Assembly: GCF_910592395.1 (NCBI RefSeq)
Contig: NC_088308.1
Location: 992,001-1,056,000 of the forward strand
Origin: Lineus longissimus
Lineage: Eukaryota
Direction: 5' to 3'
Length of the DNA: 64,000 nt
Both the position numbers and the translations under genes were made by a program. The notes beneath the pieces were generated by a model. The model saw nothing but the letters and a program-made list of their open reading frames with translations, made no database searches and was not told where the DNA came from. Shown in pieces: positions 51,001 through 64,000 of this stretch; position 1 is the stretch's first letter; the number at the start of each line of letters is the position of its first letter.

Positions 51001-52662
51001 ACGTAAAATAGTCAGAAAGTGCCTAGAGATAAAAAACTCCCCCAAATCGTTGATCATTTGATTACAATGAATTTCAATAGTCGATAGCCTACTTTATCAC
51101 TGGTGTCAAATTACCTATTCCAACAGTTGTTTTCCAAAAACCTCGCTGGGGTATCACACTGCCTCCCCTTTCTATCGTATACCGTGTTACTTCTCCCTGA
51201 ATCTGTAACCTGGTCTTGGCCAAGTCAAGTGGATACGTCACTGCAAAGAGAAATAAGAGGATGTCACTGAGAGTATTTTGCTTATCATCATGCCAATAAC
51301 AATAGCATGCCAATAGAATGCCAATAACAATAAGATTTCTGTCCTACCAGTCTCAGATACAATAGAAGCAGCGGTTGCACATGCATAAGCGGACAGAACA
51401 GAGACCCAGGCATGCCCACTCGGAGTCTGACCCTTCGGAAAACCAGCCTGCTGCTGTGTCCTGTGGCTCATTTCCAAGTATCCCAAGCAAGACCTTTCAA
51501 CACATCAGACTAAAGAGATTTGGTGACAGGCACAACAATACTATTACATGTAACTATTGTTATACGCAACGACACTGACCTTGAGTCACTTTACATGTGT
51601 AAATATCAAAATGTTAAAATCAGACTAAAGCATTATCTTGCCAGAGGTTTTGTTGGCCTAAATTGTGACAGATAACTATAATCAAACTGTCAATGTCATT
51701 TCATAGTTCATTTATATCCCGGGCCATAGCAAAAATCTTTGTACAATAAAATGACAGGTTACATAAGCCAACTTGGAATACGACAACTTAAACCATTATT
51801 TGTGCTAATTAGTGAAAATTTAATTGATACATAGGGCCTAGTATATATATCATTCTGACTACAGCGCCCCTTGCAGCCAGTTGATAAACTCCCGCACCAC
51901 ATTATGGTTGGCAGCTGTCCAAGTCGCTGGAACAAACCACTTGTCGCAGCGATTAGGGTGAGGAACAAGGCCGGTCCACTGCATCCGGAGTGTAGCTTAT
52001 GGTCAATTTTACACCAGGCGGAGGAAGTCACTGCTAGCCAAAGACACAACGAACAAAAGAACATGTAGTGTGCGACCAACCATGTGGTCTTTTGTTTGCT
52101 GCTTGCTTGTTTGTTGTGGCTTCATCTGGCAGTGGCCTCCGCACGCCTGAGGGCCTCTAGGCTCTATCATGCATGCAAGTAAAGTGCACTCATCGTGTCC
52201 ATCCCTCCCTATAGTCAGTGTATCCAACAAAATAGGCCTAAATACACACAACTCTGAAACCATGAACTGTTGATGGTGTGTCAACTGTGTACACATTTGG
52301 CCACACATTTTTATGTAGACCATGATGGACACACAGCACAGTCAATACACGTAGGCCTACATACAATACATGGTCATGACACAACCAACCTAGCCTACCA
52401 TGCATGCTACAGTTCAACAGGATGATGTCGATTGCGTCACCGACATTCTGGAAATTTTCAAACATCCAAACTCTTTTAAGATGTTAACTACCACTCTTCA
52501 CAGGAAATGGAGTTTACCTGTTTCAGAAATGCAGGCTGCAGTACATGCAAGGACGTAACGTTGTGTAAACCGCCGCATGTTGTACGGGGTAGGAGTAATC
52601 AGCTGATCATCGTCTCGTGTTTTGGTCGTTTCATGTTTTTCTTTCAATCCTGACAGCGCCAT
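42028..52662 (-). CDS. SLC25A27: Mitochondrial uncoupling protein 4 (SLC25A27-like), 334 aa (exon 1a) or 327 aa (exon 1b)
   Basis: Exons [52518-52662 or 51348-51471], 51115-51240, 50686-50748, 49929-50013, 49503-49625, 47044-47156, 45076-45160, 44658-44747, 43305-43407 and 42028-42099, all phase-consistent. Three carrier signatures [20 protein letters not shown] and [13 protein letters not shown]4-typical [24 protein letters not shown] and [19 protein letters not shown]. Confidence 0.93.
43697..43835 (+). mobile_element. Degenerate tRNA-derived SINE with a CORE-like segment in a UCP4 intron
   Basis: tRNA-like head (gtggttagact...ggaggttgtgggttca) followed by tgtgaccttgagcaagacccttaactcaacttgcttctctccacccaaatgtgaatg, which resembles the CORE-SINE consensus. 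Confidence 0.65.
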
Positions 52663-52763
52663 GATGCGATTTGGTCCATTCCGCAGAAAACTAAATTAAA
52701 AGGAGGTTTACTCATTTGTATGCATGACGTCACTGGCGCGAATTACAATGCGATAAGGATTCC

Positions 52764-52995
52764 TACTGGTGATAAACCATTCAATGGAAACTCAAGTTAA
52801 TGTGGTCATCTCAGGGATGAATTGATATCGGAGATACACCAGAGTTCACATTGAATAGTTTATCTCTAGCATAAATCCATCAATCGTCTGATTGCTGAAA
52901 TAATTTGCGATCACATTGAATGGTTTATCACCAGTATTTATCCACATCCCTCAGATGACCACATTAACTTGTGTTCCCATTGATGGTTTATCACC
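52764..52995. mobile_element. Foldback/MITE-like element with ~52-bp terminal inverted repeats
   Basis: Left arm ggtgataaaccattcaatggaaactcaagttaatgtggtcatctcagggatg (52768-52819) is the near-perfect reverse complement of 52945-52995. Internal subrepeats lie at 52847-52871 and 52912-52936. Confidence 0.8.
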
Positions 52996-54242
52996 GATTC
53001 GGGGGGTGTATTGCACTTCCCATCCGCAGAATTAACCAAGTCATGTCCGCCATTGCTCCATTTGTGAGTCAACTATAGGAGTGTCTTTTCTGAAGTAAAA
53101 GTTTGCTCAAAAAGCGTGCATGTCTATGTTGTGTTTATTTATGAACTCCCCATTTACTCAGTCACTTGACAGTCGGTAAGAGTTAGTAAGATATCTTTGA
53201 TATCTATTTTCCGTTGTCGGTAGAGCAAGTGCCGAATCTGTGAAATACTGCACCATACGTTGTCGTCGTTGAAACTTTATGCATAACCCACTAGGTAAGA
53301 TGACCTCGGGGGTGACTGAAACTCATTGACACTAAAAAGTGTGTCATTTCCAACTTCTATTCGGATGCAAGACATAGGAACAAGCAGTATTTTTATTTGA
53401 CCTATTTTTAAGGTCAAAATCTGATCATCTTGGAATTTTGGATGCGATTTGTGAGATATCAATATTAAAGGGACAGGGAGCAGCTATCAACATCGAGGTA
53501 AGATTATAAAGTTGATGTTGTCCGCAAGTGGAATACCAGTATTATCTCATCCAGGAAGACAAGAGACCTGATTTGCCATGAGTGAGGACAGAATATTTGG
53601 TCTAAGCGTATTTCCCACCATATGAACTAATGGTGGCGTCACCTGTTATTTCTAGAAGAACTCCGACATCCCTCGAAGTGTACATCGAGGATGTAACAAA
53701 TCGCATTTATTTGACCTCGTTGAACTTCGGCCTTGACCTTTTAAGGTAACGATTCGCTGTGTTGTTAGTGCGCTTAAAAACATGGTTCACTTGCAGATTC
53801 TGTTGAAAATAACGATAAAAATAAACAAATTTTAAATTGATGAGTTTAATGGGTGAAAGGAAACTTTAAGTAAAGTTTTTACTCATCTAATAACCAGAAA
53901 TTTATTTGCTTTAAAAAAATTTTTTTCTTGATAAAGTAGTGCCGTGAGTCACTTTTCGTCATCGTACTACGCTTTCAGGATATGTACCGCAAAGATGTGT
54001 ACAAATGTGTAATGTATTGCATTGGAAGTACTCTCCGTTTACAATTTTTGGGCTAAACTCGCCCGATTACTCTAAGATCGACAACCAAATCCCGAAATAA
54101 TTTGGCGTAAACATTAAATAACTGTCCTAAGAACGACAATCTCCTCATTGTACAGTCAGTGTCTATTTTATTCAAGCTGTTAGTCAATTGTCAGTTCGAT
54201 TTTCTACAGCTTTTGCAGCAGCTCAGCTGCTCAAAATCCAAG

Positions 54243-56809
<2,567 letters not shown>

Positions 56810-59800
56810 AACACCAGTCACATGGCTATAAACTCTTCAATTCTTAAGTGACATATGCCCACAGTGCTATATTAATGTATGCGCAGATCACTTAAACTAC
56901 TTGCTCAGCTTGATCTAAGTCTACTCAGTATGAGAAGATGCATCAATCGATGCAGATTGTTCAGCTCAAGCTTGACATATGCTTTCCATGTGGGATATTG
57001 CCTAAGCTAACTGCTAACAGGAAACAGTGTCTACAGTCGTGAGCATAAAAAGGTGTCACTGTTTCTGATGAGGTTGCTTTTGAGTGTTTCACCTGACTCC
57101 AGTATCTGCGGTATTAAAGTCGTGATCTGATGTGAAAGACTCCATTGTTGAAGTGACAAAACATACCCGATGTCCAATTTGGCTCCTGTCATTCTGTGAT
57201 TAATTTGAGGCCAGTACTTGCCTACAGAGACAACCAAGTATTAAGAGCATGTTCATCCTGCTGCTCACCTTTAAATGTAACCAAATGGCATTCTTTTCAC
57301 AGATCTGGATTACTGCCAAATGCTAAGAATAAGAGGGCAAAACTTACGGAACAGCAATGTCATCAATGGAGGTGTTGAATGGTGCATTCTGATGCATCTT
57401 TTCTTACTGTGTGCGCCCTAAAAAAGCCCATTTCTCAACACTGTGCTGTTCAAGCATGGCAATATTGGGTCAGTTAGAAACTTGCACCTTATTGTATTCA
57501 AATGGTGATGATATTTTACGTGAAGATCCTTTATCATTTTTCAAAACACTTTTTACCAGTACGACTTCAAGTACAAGAGACTATTTTGGGTAGATGGTTC
57601 TGGTTGTATCTCACTGGTTGCTGCATGGTTGAATCACACATTGTCATTTGGGTTTTATTACAATCATTATGAACCTACAGCTGAGTATTTGTGCTATAAT
57701 GTGTAATTTCACTATCAATGTATATCATTGTTATGGAGAGCTGTCCTTTAAACCAGGATGTCTGCTTACGGTATCAAATATTACCAATTAGTAAGGTGAT
57801 GAGACAAATAATGAAGCCTCTTGCTTTGTTATATTGTATATATGTTTGATTGATTTCTTGACACCGTTTATCTGAAGGTAGACTGGTTGATACGTTGCTG
57901 AAGGCTTATTTTTGTAAGTAATTGTCACCACTTTTCATTGCGTAGCTCGGGAAAAATCAACTAAACTAGATGGCTGATCTCCGTTTCTTACTTAAGGTAC
58001 TCTTCCGGTGCTAGAATGTGATGAGTTCCAAAGATTGAATGGACAAATATCTAAAACCATGATTGCATTTTGTTGTCTGAGACAGTCTTGTACATTGTAC
58101 CATCATCGATGTCGGGAGAATTTGTTTTGTTATCCAGTGTCGGGGGGATTAGCCACAAGTAGTTTCTGCAATTTTTTTTTCGTCTAGCTATCTCTGCTCT
58201 GAATTTGTAGGTACCATGGATATAGTGTGGCGATATTTGTTTATTTTTGCCTGGAAACCGACAAAAATGAACAAAAGTTTGCTGATCATGTAGCTTTTTT
58301 TAAGGCATAGTTTAAATTATACAATATCAATTGAAAATGTCATTGTAATATAATAGTAATGTTGCTTTTCATTGGTACTGAATCAAAATCATCGATTATC
58401 TGGATCACATTTTCCACAATTCAATTGTGATGCCATTGTTTAGAATGACCAGTCGCGGTCAGTCATTCATCATGCCACAAGAGGGCAGTATAATCCATCT
58501 ATATAATGTTACGTGTTTACAACTTTAGTGTAGATGAATATCTGTGTCCACAAAGTTTTATGGTGTCTGCATAACTGCCATGACAAGCTGTGTGCTGTTT
58601 AATTCGCGTTGAAGTCATAATGGCGATCTTGGTGGGTCGCCTTATCCTGTCTGCTGGAAAAAATCTCCATCAAACAAACGATTTGGTGTAGATCACTGCA
58701 TTTGTTTGTTGCTTTACTGCAGTTACATATTTACCGGTAACATGGATATAATGAGCTCTCGTGGAGAGGCGTTATGAGTGTGTATTAGTAAACATGTTCA
58801 AGGAAATGGAAAGCAAAAAGACATCGTCTTCTTCAGAAGTAATCACAGTTGAGTTGCTGCAAATGCTTGCGCATGCTGGTAGTGAATTCTACAGGAACTA
58901 GAACTACAGTGATAGAGACAAAGTGAATGAGAATGGAGTAGAGAGTGATTCTGACAGCTTGTCTGGTATCATAGTGTTGCATGTCATTTGTATACATAAT
59001 AACATACACACAGTTGTATACTCATGTATTTTGGATTTTATGAGTACAGTAGTAACTTATTGATTTGTAATTTGAGCTGATGACTGGTGAGAGTTGCGTG
59101 GAAACAGACCAAAACTGGTGTGCAGAAAATTGATGACTTTCCCCACCTTTTTCTAAAGTAATGATTAGTTGATTAGGCCTGTTTCAGGTGGGATAGGCCA
59201 TTTGTCGAGGCACCCCCAACTAGCTGTACAGCAGTGACACAGTATGTCTGACAGGAATGCATCAAGCAAGAGGAACAAGAGGTGTCCTGTTTCTAGCTGC
59301 TTGTTTTATTGAACTATTCATTTTCATTTGTTTTGCATAAGGAGTAATTCTTTATCAACCTATGTTTTGTTGGAGTACAGGCGTACAGTTTACACTGTCA
59401 TGATAATCAGTTACATCCAGTTCAAGTGGGAAATGGTGAGCGTTGGCCCATCGGCGTTGGAATGGGTATATTGGGAGGGGTTCATGGATAACTTGGATTC
59501 TTTAACCACTATAGAGGTACATGTTGGGTGATGATACAGATTGACTTTCAAAAAGCCTACAAATCCCAACAGTGGTGTACATGTACATTTATATTCTAGA
59601 TTCAAAATTGATTCGGGTATCAGTCGAGAGGTACTGGTATATGACTGTGGAAGAATTCTCATGAACTGCTTTTATGTCCATAGACAGATTGATAGAGTAT
59701 TTTGATACACCGGTTTATTAATGTGTTTTGATGAGTACATGTACAAAGACTTGGGGTGCCACATACATGTATATACCTGGCTTTCCATCAGTACTGGTGC

Positions 59801-61279
59801 TCCTTTATTTGTTAATGTACGAATTCCTACCCATAAAATCCAAACTTTTATCTGGTAAATCCCTACACCGAGTTATCATGGGTTACCGACTTCAATTTAG
59901 GGAAGATACATGTTTCGCAGGCCACCTGCCATGATCCATCGCCACTGGGACGGGTGATTTGATCTGAGTAGCTTAATGTCAAGTCTGGCCGGCATCATGG
60001 AGTTTGGCCCACACATCTTCATTGTTTGATGTCACACTGTATTAGACTGAGCCAGTACATCCTCCTCCTGGGAATCATCTATGGTGTATAGACAGCTGCA
60101 GTGCCATTGTTTACCATTGGGCTGTGTTGAAAACATTGACAGAGGTGACAGTCTTCTTTCTCCTGAATTTCTTCACAGCTGAATGTCAAAAGGCAACTGT
60201 TTCGTATGACATGTTGAAACATGTTTGGCTCTCAAGGGGATGGGGATCCTAACTTGATAATCTTGTAACAGGAGTTGTGACCTTTAGAGAAACATGATCA
60301 GGCTCAAGACTACATGTGTATGTCTTTATAGCACAGTCTTTTACAATGTCTATCATGCATGTAGGTGTAGGTTAGAAGGTGAGGCGACGTGTTCGTATCT
60401 CTTAAAGATATGGTAGTTCTGCAGTTAAGCTTTATTCACAAACATACCTATTCATATGTTGAAATAACTTTCTTTATTGTCATTAGTAATTCCTATTTCA
60501 ATTGCAGAATGTGCCGGTATGTTGTAATTTTTATAGACGAACATATTTTTGCTCGGGTGAGTGATTTAAAAATCTTGTGATAGGAGGTTGGGATTGCAGA
60601 TTGTTGAACAAAAAGTCATGGTTTGATTAGGTCAAAAGTTGAAGCAACGTCTTTGCCATTTAATCAAATTGTGGGGATATTCTTCTTTATTTTGTAGCTG
60701 CTTATGTTCTCATTTTGCTCGAGCGGGTTGCTCCAAGATGAAAATATATCTAATCTTAATGCTCTCGTTTTCACAGTTTCTCTTGCCCTTTTCTGGAGTG
60801 GTTGTGATCGGAATGAATTTTCATTTCGCAAGAAAAAAGCGTGTATACCAAATCTGAGGTTGACGAATAATGTTTCTCATTTAAGAAATCATTAGAATAA
60901 TGAGTTTGTTGTGGTTTATTGTGCGTAGTGTCATCGTTCAATTTCTTTCTAATTGGTTTTGTACGATCGTCCTATCTGTTTGTTATTTTCCTTCATTTAA
61001 AACATTATTTCCTTTATTTCCTTTAAGTTTCAATAGATATTTCCTTTAGCCTCATTAGATATCCAATCTTATTAGGCACACAATACAGATTCGCTTGTCA
61101 ATGGCGAGACATTAACCCTTGGTTGAGATGCTCAACTGTCTGTTGGTTGCATTATTTTTCATACAACCTGTATAGAGGACCTTGACGTTAGTACATGTAA
61201 GTACCTTGGAATGCCCTTCCTGTACCTCTCTGTAAGGCCAGCTGTCAGCTAATCAACAGCACCCACAGTACTTCAGTCA

Positions 61280-61597
61280 GGTTGGAAAGGACAATGGGAA
61301 TGATGATGGTATGTGGGATGAACAAGGTGGGAGGTTGGAAAGGACAATGGGAATGATGATGGTATGTGGGATGAACAAGGTGGGAGGTTGGAAAGGACAA
61401 TGGGAATGATGATGGTATGTGGGATGAACAAGGTGGGAGGTTGGAAAGGACAATGGGAATGATGATGGTATGTGGGATGAACAAGGTGGGAGGTTGGAAA
61501 GGACAATGGGAATGATGATGGTATGTGGGATGAACAAGGTGGGAGGTTGGAAAGGACAATGGGAATGATGATGGTATATGGGATGAACAAGGTGGGA
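61280..61597. repeat. Minisatellite, 53-bp unit x6, near-perfect
   Basis: Unit ggttggaaaggacaatgggaatgatgatggtatgtgggatgaacaaggtggga starts at 61280, 61333 and so on. Confidence 0.97.
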
Positions 61598-62771
61598 ATT
61601 TTGTACAGAGTGGTAAAGAGCAGTTTATGATGATAGTATGTTTTTAATCCTGATCATCATAAATACCAATCCATTGTATCAAAAGTAAATAAATGCTCAA
61701 TAAACTTCATTCACATGTCTTTCTCTTTTCCTCTTGGTGTTATTACCGGTCTCTGTCAACCACATCCATGGATCCAGTGGATTTGGGAGGAGACTGTTGA
61801 TGGTAGCTTGAGCTATTGTTCACCCTGCCCCAAGATTCAACCCTGGCCCGCGTGACTGGTTTGTTCAGTGTATTGTCCCTATCATGGTGCGGACGATCCC
61901 TGGGTGACATCCTGTCCTCAAAGATTGGAGAAATCTAGCTATCAAATGAATCCAGACGATATATGCACTTTAACAAGACCATTTCTGTTTCTTGCAAGTT
62001 GTTTGGAACTAAACGTTCCCAGACAAGTCGTCACTGAACATAATTCTTAGGAGACTTCCCTTGCAAAGTTCCTGGGAAGAAGAGTTCCAATTCATGGCTT
62101 TTTCAAAATGGTGGTCTTTGACCTTTTCCACGATTGTACCCTGAATTTCCTCCGGTTCTTCATTCCTGGACCGAGTCACAACCAAATATCAAGACTGTCT
62201 CACTTTGCACACTGATAAGTTCTCAATGAGGAGAATGCTAATTTTACCAGATTCCCTGGACCAGTCATCTGTAAGTCTCCAGACTCCAGTCCGCACTACA
62301 GCAAAAGATGTACTCACTCCTTATCCCTCTCTCCTGCCATCCGACGAGACACTGATGATCAGAAACTTGGACAAAGGGAACTCGTAATCAGAGATGAATA
62401 TAATACAATATTTATTTTCATGTAAACAGCTGAATAATTCATTTAATTACTCTGTACTGTACACAAAGATGTATGAATTCAGCATACTTGACTCAACTGT
62501 AGTTGTAATGACATCAGAGTGATGAGCCATCTCTCGAAGAGTTACACAGTTCCCAACTGATTTTACATTATTTCAATAAGTCTTGTTGTTGTTTGGGAAA
62601 AAATGGTCTCATATTCCTCATCAGATTCAATCACGAAAGTGTTGAGTCGCATAAAGGCTTTGCAGATCGATACAAGTATGCACTCGCAGACACAAAAGAT
62701 GATTCTGTCTTCATCTCAAAAAACAGCTTTCAACCCCTTATTTTGTAATTCTTAAAATTCCTAACATCCCC

Positions 62772-62876
62772 TCAGAGGCGTTCATAAGGAATTATGGCCT
62801 ACTCCATCAGAGGCGTTCATAAGGAATCATGGCCTACTCCATCAGAGGCGTTCATAAGGAATCATGGCCTACTCCA
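62772..62876. repeat. Tandem repeat, 35-bp unit x3
   Basis: tcagaggcgttcataaggaatYatggcctactcca at 62772, 62807 and 62842. Confidence 0.95.
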
Positions 62877-62989
62877 TGTGTTTCTCTGCCCAATCTGGAG
62901 TTTTTTCAAATCAGATCCATTTCTGAAGCTCTTTCCAAACACTCGCCCAATACATCATAAAATGTCACTGAAAAGTTCAACATAGGCCC

Positions 62990-63988
62990 TCAAGATCTCT
63001 TGGCTAAATGTCGTCTTCCCTGTTTCTTCTTTGGTTGTGACTGACCTTGTCGTCCACTTCTTCGCTGTCCCTTTGGCTTGGTATGTGGTGTGGGGTCGAA
63101 TGGATTCAACAGTGGCTTTCTTTTGCCTTTTTTCTTATGTGTCGATTGTGGCATGTATTTCTCTTTACCGGTACTTTTACTGTTTGGTTTGCTGAAATAT
63201 CAGAATTTGATATAAAATAACCAAGATTCTGACAGAACAAAACTTCAAAGAGGACGAGCCAGGGCCTGGTGAAGCAAGTGAAATGTTGATTACAACTTTG
63301 CTCTAATCAAGAGAACTACATGTACTTGTCTTCTATTTCCATAAGACTAGAGTCAAAATGAAGTAGAATTTTCTGTTGAGGTACATTTATCCAGAAAAAG
63401 TTATTCCCCTCCAACCAAACATTCAGTATTCTATTTACCTTCTATCCTTAAATGCACTTTTCTTGGTCTTTTTTTCCTTCTCTTCAACACATTCCGATTC
63501 TTCTGTACCGTCATCATCCGCCTGAAAGTATTCAACAAATACCTTAACCATGGCAAAGTCAAACAAGACAAGGGTTTTGAAAAATTGAGTGACCAGAAGA
63601 CACCATTTCAATTCTGATTGGAAGACATGTTGCACTGTGTCTGACAGGGCTTGGCTCATATCTCAAATATAAGTGATCTCCCTGTACAACTGGTGAACAT
63701 TTTCAAGAAACTCAAAAACTGCAACCAGTAATTACACATTCAAAATAACGTTGTCAAAGGTAGACCCATGGTTAATAGACAATAATCTAGTCTTCAGTTT
63801 GCTGACATAAGCGTAATCACCTTGTTACTTCCGAGCCTTGTGCCATCATCATCAGCGAGATCCACCTCCAATACCTCCGTGATCGACACAGTATGGTTTG
63901 GTAACTCGATGGTTGTCGACTCAAGCACCTCCTCTTCCTCCTCAAGTGGAATCTGACTGTGTATCCGGCTCAACATTTTATCCTTGTT
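62990..63988 (-). CDS. NOL12: Nucleolar protein 12 (NOL12/Rrp17 family), 3' exons only
   Basis: Exons 63821-63988, 63439-63521 and 62990-63191 are phase-consistent. ELPNHTVSITEVLEVDLA matches the NOL12 motif (D/E)xPNHTV(T/S)xT...DL, followed by an acidic stretch and a Lys/Arg-rich tail. The 5' exons lie off-window. Confidence 0.75.
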
Positions 63989-64000
63989 CTGGAAAAGATG

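Noticed and set aside
53464..54130. Kolobok-like element (ttaaagggacag start)
   Set aside because: No convincing matching right TIR or TSD.
61245..61597. His-rich ORFs and a CRISPR-like periodic array
   Set aside because: Head-to-tail 53-bp units with no unique spacers; the ORFs are artefacts of the minisatellite.

Overview
Gene-dense eukaryotic window with spliceosomal introns, roughly 40% GC, from an invertebrate bilaterian (lophotrochozoan-like by gene content; inference). Exons were spliced by hand with phase checks. Left to right: a LamG/ConA-like domain gene (-, partial); an 8-exon gene fusing an FBXL4-type beta-sandwich to BTB/BACK (-); an intronless secreted, probably GPI-anchored EGF protein (+); a TspanC8 tetraspanin (-) with a pair of duplicated 99-nt mutually exclusive exons; a divergent 2-exon small membrane protein (+); an odd kinase locus (-) made of an intact non-RD kinase ORF behind a partly broken acidic exon chain and a CRE-dense promoter; an intronless noggin-like gene (-) in a gene-poor stretch; mitochondrial uncoupling protein 4 (-) with two alternative homologous first coding exons; a GRB2/Drk-like adaptor (+) with a GC-AG first intron; and the 3' exons of NOL12 (-). 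Also present are four minisatellites, a foldback MITE in the UCP4/GRB2 bidirectional promoter, SINE remnants, local duplications and several decayed coding relics. No CRISPR array, rRNA or intact tRNA was seen. Family assignments rest on motif recognition, not database searches.
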